Source: Octopus vulgaris
Taxonomy: Eukaryota
Direction: 5' to 3'
Assembly: GCA_951406725.2 (NCBI GenBank)
Contig: OX597816.1
Location: forward strand, 133,610,001 to 133,674,000
Length of the DNA stretch: 64,000 nt
Positions 52,022 to 64,000 of the stretch are shown one piece after another. Position numbers and translations under genes: made by a program. Positions within the stretch are counted from its first letter, which is position 1. Each line of letters starts with the position of its first letter. The notes under the pieces are model-generated. The model was given only the letters and a program-made list of their open reading frames with translations, made no database searches and had not been told where the DNA came from.

Positions 52022-53412
52022 TGTGTGTGTATGTGTGTGTGTAATTCACACACAAAACTGTTAAGTGTTAAGAAGAAATAACTCAAAAGTGACAGTAGCA
52101 TGAATTTGAATAGTAAAGATGTATTAAATGCCATACTTGATCATTTCTTGATTTATTAAAATTTTCATCACAGACAGACATTACAAACAAAAACCTAGCA
52201 GCAATCATTAGTAATTCTGAATGAAAAGTAGAGATAAATTCTGAGAAATTGAGAATAAATTCAGTTAAATTAATCATGCTCAGAAAAATGGACAATCTAA
52301 TTTTGGATTCAAAGATGATGAATTAATATTGTAACATGTTTCAGCCTTGATTTTAGTCTCATCAGCATAACAGTGTTCTTATATTTCATCAGTTTTAGAC
52401 AATACATAAAATACAGAAAGAGAGAGAGATTAGTACATTCTTGAGCAAGGGTAAATTAAAACTAAAAGGTGCTAAGAAAAAGTGATCCAAAAGAGTCAGT
52501 GGTTTGAATTTGGATAACAATGGTAGGGGTTTAATGAATGTCATACACAATAAGTCTCTGTTTTTATTTTCTGTGTGTGTGTGTGTGTGTAACAGAATAA
52601 GACATTTAGTAGCTAACACAAACCAACTTTTCATTTGAGTAGTTTCAATCTTTTGATCTTGTAAGTAATAAAACAAGAGTTTTATTTAAAAATCATTGCT
52701 TATATATATATATATATAAATGCAGTGAGCAAAGGCAGGTGAAGTGGGGGTAATTTTCAAATGATAACAACAAAACATGAGGAAAATATTCATAAAATTG
52801 TATAAGTATAATATAAAAAAAAGAAAAGAAAGAAAATGCTATAAATATTGCTAAATACTTGCAGCACTCATGGAAATTATACAGTTATTTTGACTGTTAA
52901 AGAGCCAAAATGAAATTTTTCAGCAATATTTGATTCTTGAGATGGTGTAAAGTTAAACATCAGTAGTACTGAAGAACCAATCTTAAAAGGAAATATTTTT
53001 GAGTATACAATTAGATATATATAAGTATGTCCATTTGTTGAGGACATAGGACTTGGATTCCAAAGTTCTCTTGCAGTCCTTCCTGTCAGCTGATGTACTG
53101 GCACTGAGAGAGTGATTAACCAAAACACTTGACCACTTGCTTAAGGACTTCCCAAGCAGAAGGCAGGATATGAACTCAGAAGGCACAGCACTGAAAAAGA
53201 TACTAAGTATCTCCCCAGTCCACAGCCCTCTCCTGGTATGTCATTTGTTAAGATGAAAGAATGAAAGACAAAGTTGACTTGGGTGGGATTTGTACTCAGG
53301 ATGCAGAGAGGCAGAACATCTACTACAAATCACTCTATCTGATGCTCTTACAACTGTCAATTTTACACCCTAAGTACACACAAGCACATGTATGTGTGTG
53401 TGTGCGTGCGTG

Positions 53413-53444
<32 letters not shown>

Positions 53445-56400
53445 TACAGATGCACACACACACACACACACATGCATATATACGTGTGCTTGTGTGTGCA
53501 TAAATATACATATGCACACAGGTACTCAAGCTTTATAGATGCTATTTATATTCTGATTTTATTTAAATTTCTGCTATTTTTTACTGAACAGCTGAATGTT
53601 AGCAAATATGTGAATTTCTATGTTGCACAACAGTATACAATAGTCATAATTAGCAATACTGGTTTCTAACAGAGCAACAAGGACTCAAATTTTGAGGGAA
53701 GGAATCATAGATTAAGTACAACCTCAAGCTTTCATGTTATTTTAATGACCCCTGGAATACCACAAGACAAAGTTCTCCTCTCAACACTTTCCTTTGGCTT
53801 TCTGAATTGGCAGATTAAAGCAATCTTGTTCACTTTTATATCATTTCTTTATTGTTAAGTTATACATTTTTGAAAACATTTTATGAAAAAATGGTGTTGT
53901 TCAGAATATCTCCATGCAAAGATCATTACACTGCAAATATAATGAAAAAATACACCTATTTATCTATATATGTTATACACATCTCCATGCATTATCAGTA
54001 GAAGCCAAACACCAAACATTAGTGAATAACACTTAAAATTACAAAGTATATTAAATTGTAATTATATTTCTAAGAGCTTGTCATTTGCCTAACAGCTGTT
54101 TCATTATATATGCCCCAGCATGGCCACAGCTTATGAGCTGAAACTAGAATCAATCAATCAATCATATATATATATATAGCTATTTTCTAAACCATTCATT
54201 TAAACATAGAACAGCTATTACATTTTTTTTTAAAAAGCTTAAATATTTTTAGAAATCATTTAATATTTTCAATGTAAATAAATTATTCCATAACTGAGTT
54301 TCTAGAAAATTGATCTTCAATTTAAGTAACTGTGTCAAAGTTTCCAAGTTTGAAAATACTAATCTGATGAATAAAAAATAATGAAATCCATCCTATCAAC
54401 CAGCAGCTATGTATGGTGTCCCTGAACCAAGGTAGATTACTTCATTTGGTTTAAGCTTGCTGAAAACACCAAATTTTACTTCTAAATTAAGTGACATTAT
54501 TGAGAAAGATAGTGTCTCACTCAAAAAATACCCAAATTCAACACACATACTTCATCATTGTTTGCAGAACTTTTTTTTATAAACAACATCATCCATTTAT
54601 ATTACATATCTATACCTTTTTAATCATGTAGTACCTAATAGTTGTGAGACAATTATTTTCTTAATACACGCATGCTCAGTCTGTCACAAGTTTATTAATA
54701 TAGCATACATAGTTCTTCTCCAGTTACTGCAGTTCCTTTTCAACTCCTGTTCATCTTTCACAACCACACATTACACTTTTGCCAAATACTTCATGTCTGG
54801 AGAAAAAGTAGCTCTGCTCAAAAGACAACTTTGCATTTATGTTGCTACGTTATTTGTAGATTCACTATTGGCACTAATTAGATCATCTCAGGAACAGTGC
54901 TTTCTTCAAACTCTAGTAAATTATACTAAAATGTTATGTTTTATAATCATTAGATAACACTAATTTACAACATTGCAAATAGCATGCATATATTATAGAA
55001 TGCCAATTAGTCTAACTGAAATCTCCATATACCTCCTAGTTATACAAGAGGTGCCGGTATCATATTAATTTTTTGTCCTACATAAACAAGCATAGCTTAT
55101 TACCTCAATTCTGTTTGAGTTTTGACATTCCTACTATAAACTAATACTATAGTCTCGACTATTGTAATCTTCCAGACATTGTGACTTACAATGGGCTTTT
55201 GATTTCACCTGCAGAGCTAAGAAGATATTCGTATATAAAAGTTCAGAATATTGAGATTATTTCAAAACCTATGTTAATAAAAAGCTGAAACTAGAGAGAA
55301 AATTCTAAGTTTTAATTGATATTTATCTGAATTCTTCATTAAAAAATGTTTTTATAAGACTTTTATAAACAATAAATGACAACCACATTGTACAATGTTT
55401 GAACCATCTCGAATTTATGTGCTTTATGTAGTGGTACATACAGACAGACACAAACTACCTATCTCAATCCCAGCCTATACAAGCTGTGCTATGACTCTTT
55501 CAGTTACCCTTCTTGCTGGTTTGTTAGAGAAGACCCCTGTTATCTACTCTCTCTAGAGCTTTTATGGAACTTAATAATGGTACAACTATACTAGTCTTTA
55601 AAGATAATACTTTCCTGCATGATCTGATTAGTTAACAGAATGACTTGTACTAATTCTACTAGCTTTCCGGTTTTATATGTTTTGGCAACTATCCCTCAAT
55701 GTTTTGCTGTTCTCATTGTCTTATCTACGGATAAACTCTCTTCATCCCATTCATACTCTGTTGAGTCATTTTTTATGTTGCTATTCTTTCATCATTATTT
55801 AGTACAAAAGCACTCATAAGTTCATGAACAAAATGTTACGCAAAACAACAGAATTTCTCAGTCGTCAAGATGAGGAAAATAGCATTTAATACATAATTAA
55901 TAACTTACACTATGAAATTATAACTACTCCAAAATTTCTTTTAGTTTTCTATTTTGTAATTTCTCTTTAGTAGAACTGCCTAAAATATATATAACCTCTT
56001 TAGTGTTAAACCAAAGATAATCAAATCTAACATTGACAGCAAATGATAATAGTGAAATAGGAAGCATTGAGCTTATCTTTTAACAAAAGACATATTACAA
56101 TAGCAAACTGCAATAACTTCATAATGCTATCTTAGATTGTATTTTGTAAATGAAAATCTTATTGAGCCCCTTATTTGCTTCATGATGGAAGCCCAAGAGC
56201 CCAATAAATAGGGATGATAAAAAAAAAAAGCCTCAAAATATTTTTTAAAAATTTATACAAGATTCACTCATGTTAGTAGAATTAGACAATATAAAAAAAA
56301 TGATGTAAATTCAAAGGTGGGTTATTTCAAGCTATTATTTAAAGAAACATTGTTAGGTATCTGAAAAGTCTGTTACAGCTGTAACAGGCTTTCCTTAACC

Positions 56401-59400
56401 ATTTTCCACACACAGGCATGAATGTACGCACAAATTCTTACTGTTTGGACACTTAGTCAGCCTCCATAATTTGATGACAAACACCTTTCTGTCACTTCTC
56501 ATCATTCTATACACTGTTGAAGTCTCACTGATGGTAATGTTGATAGTGATGATAGTGAGGAGGATGAGAGTGATGATGGTGATGAAGCAGGAGTGTTTTA
56601 AAGTGAAATGAACAGTCCACAGTTTGTGTATTGTGAGTGAGTGAATTATAGCAAATAGGTAAGGTTTCATGTAAAGGGAAAAGAACAAGACAAAGTTGGG
56701 TTAAAGCACACCAACACACAGAACATACTACCTTTTTCAGGGTATTGATGCCATAATGTAGAAAATCTATGGGTTCACACTGAAAAAAGATAAAGAAGTT
56801 TGTCCCCCTTTCAGAAAAGCTAATAATAAAATCCATACTAATTCCTCTGTGGTGAAAAGCCTCAAATAAAATTTATATTCCAGATTTTAGCATGAAATGA
56901 ACAGCATTTAGTATTTATTAACAGAAAAAGCTTTTTATTTTGATATATAAACAATGTATATATTACAGTTGCCAATCAATTATATTCATCAAAGACATAA
57001 CATTCTAGTTGAATGACATGGGCAGAATAAAGGTTATAGCAATTTGAAAAAAGGTCATACACAAATCCACTTTTGTTTATTTTTTAATACAAAATTGCTG
57101 AAAACATTATGAATTGCTAAGAAGGATCAATCAACTTTATATCATGCTGTAAATATCATTCTGTCATGGCCTCTAAATGAGGGCTAAGTTATTCAGTTTA
57201 AAATCAGGAGATAAAACTGTTTCCAGTCACTGAATATCATTATAAAGAAGCAGAAATGGAGGAAGACAACTAGTCTTCACATATTTTTGTTTTTGTTCAG
57301 AGCTCTTCAGCAACACGGACAAACCTACAGACATTAACCCTTTCATCAAAAGAAACAAAACAAGTTTTATATCCAAATTAATATGGATGCCTATAAAGAT
57401 TACCTGTTCATATTAATACTGCTTCTGTCACTAATAATTAATTTAAGATAAAGTTTTATCCTTTAACACTTACACTATTGTAAATTTGTAAATGGAATAA
57501 GTAATCTGTTCCTGGTGGTGAACTGGATTAAAGCTTCACTTCATGGAATGAGCTTATGATATGAATTAGAGCAAAAGCTGGATAATGAGAGATTAAAGGG
57601 TCTTGGAGTTAAAAAGGTTGTAGGGACTAGGAAACACTTTATTCTCAACACAAACTCAAATGCCTTAGATGCAGCTTGATGGAAAAAAAATGTTTAACCT
57701 GAAGGTGAATAATTTATCTATTTTGGGGAAACTAGAAATTAGAAAAATTAGCATAAAGTTTGTTTTGCTTTCTAATGGGAATACAGGAAGAGGTAATTAC
57801 AAAGTAGTTTCAGAGATTTTAGGGTTATGTAAAGGAAAATAAAATTTCAATGATTTCAAAATGCAGGGATAAGTTGAGTGTGTTGTGAAGAGGAGTTCTT
57901 TATGATAGTAAGTAAATCAGACAAGTACATTTTGAAGTCCTTCCCTAACATATGTTTAACACATTAAAACATGAGGTGACTCAATTCATAGATTTTCGTT
58001 GCTTTTATATAAAATTAGCTCCTCTACTTTTAAGTTGATAAAATGAAATATTTATCAGACAGGTAACAAAAAAAAAATCAAAAATAAAAATAAAAATCTA
58101 AAACTATAACAAACTGAGTATGTGATCAAATACTAAATAGCTAAATGCTAAAAGAGTTATAATTTACAGTTACTTTGATGGGGAGGTTTTTTGAGTTTGT
58201 CTTTTTTACTTGGTTGATATGAACAAGAACATTCTGCAAAGCCTTCACACAAATTACTTATGCTCATTTGTTCAATAAGTTACCAGGTATTTATTTGTAT
58301 AGTTGGCCAAGCAGACTTGTTGAATTCATGCAAATATGCAAAAATAGATAAGTGAAATGATAAAAATTATAAGAGGAAGATGTAGGAAAGCAAAAGATAA
58401 GTTCTATGTAAATGTAAGTGGCAAGTTAAATATAGGCAGATTAGCATATTATTATTATTATTATTATAAGGGTGGTGGAGTGACGGAAATGGCAGGGTGC
58501 CAGAGTAAATACCTTGCAGTATTTACGTATGTCTTTTACATACTGAGTTCAAATCCTGCTTCCTTTCATCCTTCTGAGATTGATAGAATAAATATCATGT
58601 CAAGTACTGGGACTAGTTAAATAGACTATACCCTCCCCACAAATTTGTGGCCTTATGCCAAGGTTAGAAATCATTATAATAATGAGTAGCATGGTTGTGT
58701 CAATGAAGAATGAGTCTTTGGATTTACTTGTGCTATATTCTTAGCAATAATATGTTTGATTCTCACTCCTCTGTAGGCCATCCTTTAATTGCAGTTATGG
58801 CTTGTTAGATAAAAACATTTTTTAAACCAGAATATGAAGAAACTGTCCAATGGCAAAACATTAACCTCAACTAAAAATGTAAAAACCTTAGTAGACAAAA
58901 TTACTGTTAAAATACAGCAACATTGGTTTTAGATTATCTTCCAATTCAATCTTAATGTAGGTAATTTCAGAAAAATGTAAGATCCCTCTTTTCCCAAATT
59001 TTCTTCAGTTACTTAATCCTGGTTATTTACAAACAAAATATACTGGCCTTAATTCCATACTGTTAACTTACCTCAACTTATTCACAAACTTCATTCTGTC
59101 TTTGCAAAGTAACTGTTTCTACTACTCATCTTTCTGTACACTCAATTTCGAACAGTTGGCTATCAGCAGCTCAAAGCTGTCCAAACTGTTTCTAATAAAT
59201 TTATAACTAACTCAGTTTCACCTACAATTTGTTGCCCTTATAAAAAACATTCACCCTGAAATTATCAATACATATATAAAATGTCTAGACAGCACTTGTA
59301 AATGTGACAATCATACCATTTCTATTCTAAACAGAGAGGTACATAGTAACATTCATTTTCTCAATGAGAAAGAGTGTGTATTTACATACTAACCTATATC

Positions 59401-61316
59401 TAAACTGTCGTTCTGTTACATTCATTCATTATTTTCTTAAATACCTGAATACCAAAAGTATTTCATTGACAAGGATTTCAACAACTAGAGTGATAAAAAA
59501 CATTCAAGACATCAAGATAGAAGGGAAATTACAATTAAGTTGATTGTGTATTCATTCAGTTATGTTTTTGGTTTGTTCAGGTTTTAACAAGGAGTTATAC
59601 TGAGAGAAATTACATTTGCTCCCATAGCAACTTGACCTACAGGTCAAAATATATCTTCAACCTATCAACATAAAATAATCATCTTAAATATCTGACCTAA
59701 ATCATCCTGGATTGTAATTAATTTGTCTTCAGAAGGTTAAACTTTTAAACTTCAAAGACATGGTTCTAGCTTGAGAGAAAAATTGTTTCTTTATTAGAAT
59801 GCAAAATGTCTTTAGCCATGAAAAAGAAAAGATGTTCCCAGCTTTGCAGATTTATATTTATCTTCTAGAGAACAAATCCAATCTGCAGATATGTTTTCCT
59901 TTCAAACTGTTTCCCTTTTACATATGTAAGCAGCATTAGTCATAGCTACATGAATATCTCTCTTTCAAACTGTTCTTTTACATTTGTCAGTCATATGCCA
60001 CACATACATACATAATCAAAGTTCACATAGATACAAATATAGCTGACACATGAATAAAGTGAAAAATCTTACAATTCTACAACAAAGCAGAACATTCATT
60101 CTCTCACTCTCTCTTCTCTCCCTCACCCATGCACATACCCACATACACGTGCATACACACACGCACACACACCACATACAAATTAAGAAAATAAAAACTG
60201 CTATTAATATCAGTCTAAGAACAGGTATTCCAAAATTAAATGTAGCAACTTATTCAGTAATTATCTTATGACTGGAATATAGGTATCATAATAAACTGTT
60301 AAAAAAGAAAAAAATGATGAAATTCCAAGAGAAATACAGAAGTAGGATTTAAAACTAAGAAAACTACTTTGTGAAGTAAAACATTTGACTCTTACCAAAT
60401 GTCTTCACAAGAGCAAATGTCTGAGCAACAAAAATATCAAAATACAGAATCAAGATTATAATACATTCAATGGAGATTAGACTTATCTGGAAACTGTTAA
60501 TAAAAGATCTTGTTTTAACTCATTTCCTTTAGATCTTTATTTTATAATTACCCATGAGACTGCCAGTATGACTAATTATAAATTTGAGCTTGAAGCTTGC
60601 TTTAGCATTAACAAAACTGATAATACATAAAAAGAAAATTTTGTTAGAAACAAAAAACTTTAATATGCAGCTATAATAAAGGTTTTGTTTTCAAACAGTG
60701 TTCTGGTAATAATGGCACAACTAGTGTTTGAAATCTCTATGAGATTTACATTATCTCTTTCAATGTTTCCCTACCCAAACAAAACATATCTAAACCGTTG
60801 TGAAAATGTCAAAACAATTTACTGTAGTGCAAAACCTTAATTTAGTGTATCATCAAAGAAATATGAAGAAAACCTGTATGCTATGATAGAGGAAGATTCA
60901 AGAAATATATATATAAAAAAAAATTTGGATTTTTTTTAGAATCATTTAAATATACATGAAAATGGTTAGACAACATTAATTACATGATTTCATGTAAATG
61001 ATATGTAGCAAGTAAAGCTATGTGATTGGTTACACATTCTGATTCAGATCTACTGAATATATAATGTCATAAAGAGGGCGACAGTTGTGATGACTATGCG
61101 TCAGTCATTCAAAATAGATAGTAGAATATAAATCTTACTTTTAATTAACAATTAAAAAGTAGTGAACATGAACGAATAGAAAGACAACTGGGTACCAGTA
61201 TCTTTTCCTATAGCTGGTTGATGCAAAAGTTTTACAAGAAACTATTCTCTAATCAGTATCATGTAACAATTACAATGTTACTATAATGTTAGAAGACTAA
61301 CAGTGATAGCTTACTA

Positions 61317-62075
61317 CCATCATCATCATCATCGTTTAACGTCCGTTTTCTTTGCTGGCATGGGTTGGACAGTTTGACAGAGGTCTGGGAAGCCAGGAGG
61401 CTGCACCAGGCTCCAATCTGATCTGGCAGTGTTTCTACAGCTGGATGCCCTTCCTAATGTCAACCACTCTGAAGAGTGTAGTGAGTGCTTTTTACATGCC
61501 ACCGGCACAGGGGTCAGAGGTGGCTGGCATCGAACTTGTTTGGATGGTGCTTTTTTTATGTGCAACTGGTACGGGAGCCAGTCAAGGCAGCACTAGTATC
61601 AGATGGTACTTTTTATGTGCCACTGGCACAGGAGCCAGTTGGGGCAAGGAGGCTGGTACTAACCACGTCCAGATGGAGCTTTTTATGTGCTACTGGCATG
61701 TGGAGTAAGACAGGTGGCACTGGCATCAGCCACAACTACAATTTCCATTTGATTGTGGTTTGATTTGATTTTGATGTTGATGTACTTGACTCAATAGGTC
61801 TCCTCAAGCATGGCATGTCGCCCTATGATCCAAAGGTACTTTTTTTGAATGGGCTGGTTATGCAGCATTGGTGTAGGCTACAGCTGTGATCTCACTTTAT
61901 TTGCTGGGTCTTTTCAGTCACAGCATATTTCCAGATGTCTCAGTTTTTCGTCATAGCCTCTTTGAGGCCCAACGTTTGAAGGTCATGCTTCACCACCTCA
62001 TCCTATGTCTTCCTGTGTCTCCCTCTACCACAGGTTCCTTCCACTGTTTGGGAATGGCACTTCTTCACACAGATT
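61317..62075 (-). mobile_element. RTE-clade LINE 3' end (ORF C-terminus, tandemly repeated 3'UTR, (ATG)n tail)
   Basis: - strand CVKKCHSQTVEGTCGRGRHRKT*DEVVKHDLQTLGLKEAMTKN*DIWKYAV (RTE 'EG.RGRGRP.KTW..VV..DL..LGL' end). The 3'UTR has repeated gtg(g)cacataaaaa units and ends in (gat)n at 61317-61332. Confidence 0.85.
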
Positions 62076-64000
62076 GAGTAGCAAATATCCATTAGATGTA
62101 CTGTAATTGCACCACCTGGAAGTTACTTGACACAGGCAAAGATGGAGTATTTACATATTAAACATCATAGCTCTTTAGGAAACTCCATCAACAAAGCAGT
62201 TTGGGAATTGGTGTCAGAGCTGAGAAGCTTGTGATAGTAATCAAGGTTATAATCTTTTTTTCTTTCATACAATATTGTTATGTTACATAAAATGGTGCAC
62301 ACAATACTAAATAATATCCAAGTGATTACTTATTTAGGATAAGTCACTCTCACAGACATATTGCATCATCTGGTAGGTCATCAAATTCATCCTAATGTCT
62401 ATTTAAACAATATTTGTCATGTCAATCAAAATTGCAGTTCTTTATAATATCACATTAAAAATAAAGTGCAATATCTGTATAATTTCATAAGTAGACATAA
62501 GGCCATTATATACCTGTATTTCTCTGGTAGATACATATAAACATCAACTACTATCAATAATCTGATAGTAGATGACAAGAAATCTGCATCATACTATGTT
62601 TATTGTACTAACGGTTGAGATTTCTATGCCATATCTATAGAAATCAATCTTTTCTTGCTTGGTTTAGATTAGGAAACAATCACATTCTAATACATAAAAA
62701 TGGATTAATAGACTATATCCTTAAAAAGCTGGTATTAGAGAGAGCAGCAGCAAAAAGTTTCATATAAGTTTCAGTGTTTCCTCAGATGCAGCAGTTTATT
62801 TTTTGTCAACAGCTTTTTATCCCCTTTTACTGTCTGTCTAATGCTATAGTCACCCCGATTGTCTGTGAGCTTGTCATATCATTGTATTAGTTCTTCACTT
62901 AGTTCTTGAGTTACTGCTTCAGCTTAGGATTCATCTTCTGCTCCCACATAATGGTTACTTTGAAATGTTACTGTTGTCTATCCTAATTACTTGTCTATTC
63001 TACTTCAGTTGAACCCTCAACATAGCTCAGAAAGGTTAGTACTGCTATCAGGTTCCTATTTGATAGTAACTCTCCAACAAATAGCACACACATACTGAGA
63101 GTTTCTAGTGTAGCTCCACCACTGACAGTACGCTTGACCCCAAATCAAAGAAGGCAGTTGTTTTGCTGTTGTATCATATTTCATTATTAAATAAACACAA
63201 CTCATGTGATATGGTGTCAAGATATGCAAACACTGTCAATAGCCTGAAGAATGTTGGGGTTACATATGTGCTTTATTTGGAATATATTGTTAAAGAAACT
63301 TTTTATAACAGGCTAACTGTAAAATACAGCATTGAGTAAAAGATAAAAAAATATTTTGCATGTCAACCTTATTGTAGTTGACATAAATACATAAATATAC
63401 ATGTTGTAGCTGACATAAATACATACATAACACAACCAAATAATTTAGACTAAATATTGATTGATACATAAACAATCTGACTGATAGAGTGTATGTTCTA
63501 TGACTGCACTAAAGCTTAATGAGACCCAATAAATTCAAAATATAGATTATCTGGTAGCTGGAACTGCTCTTTATGGACGTTGTAACACCACACTTATTTT
63601 AGAGCAAGGCTAGAAATAATTTCTTACATAGTGTACATGTAAAAATGAGTGTGTGATGTATGTGTATATAGATATAGAGGTGTAGAAGTATATATGCATG
63701 CATATACACAGAGGAAGAAATAAACAAAGAATTAGAGAAATTGTTTAACATGAACTTATGGAGATATTTTTAATGTCAGTAAAACTAGACATGGCAAAAG
63801 AAGTACTTATCAAGCTGAAGGAAAGATTACTTCCCCTGAGCTGAGCTAGTCAAATAACTATCAATTTATAGTGCAGTTACTGTCATTACTGGTACAGCCT
63901 CAGCGTTATCATTTGAACTTCAGTTGATCATTAAGCCTTTCCTTCAGTATCATGATAACAGACAAGGAATAAAACAACAAAATAAACAACTATCATCAAA

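Noticed and set aside
59072-59133. Possible ACK upstream exon with strong GAG|GTAAGT donor
   Set aside because: No polypyrimidine tract, a stop in the frame needed to join 50097, and no SAM similarity.

Overview
AT-rich, microsatellite- and SINE-dense eukaryotic DNA. The repeat families resemble those of octopod cephalopods (Octopus), an inference from recalled repeat sequences. Two spliced genes converge tail-to-tail. (1) The last two coding exons of a PARP6/PARP8-type mono-ADP-ribosyltransferase lie on + (147-231, 839-950). (2) An ACK1/TNK2 non-receptor tyrosine kinase lies on -, rebuilt by hand as 11 GT-AG exons with consistent phases (50097 down to 26639; 3303 nt, 1100 codons plus stop). 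It encodes kinase, SH3, CRIB, clathrin box, PPxY, Mig6-homology and UBA regions. The N-terminal SAM exon(s) were not found and probably lie beyond 64000. Nearly all other listed ORFs are spurious or are transposon relics: a Tigger/pogo transposase, RTE and CR1/Jockey-like LINE pieces, tRNA-SINEs, and piggyBac- and hAT-like MITEs. The most unusual structure is a Penelope-like (GIY-YIG) element whose terminal repeat joins a 72-nt tRNA-like Pol III promoter, a trinucleotide spacer and a minimal hammerhead ribozyme. It occurs once with a coding remnant (15137-15988) and once as a purely non-coding palindromic insertion with a 16-bp TSD (23643-24120). Two further unrelated hammerhead-like motifs, several short direct duplications about 1.4-1.5 kb apart, a tandem in-frame splice donor and a 3'UTR hairpin are also noted.
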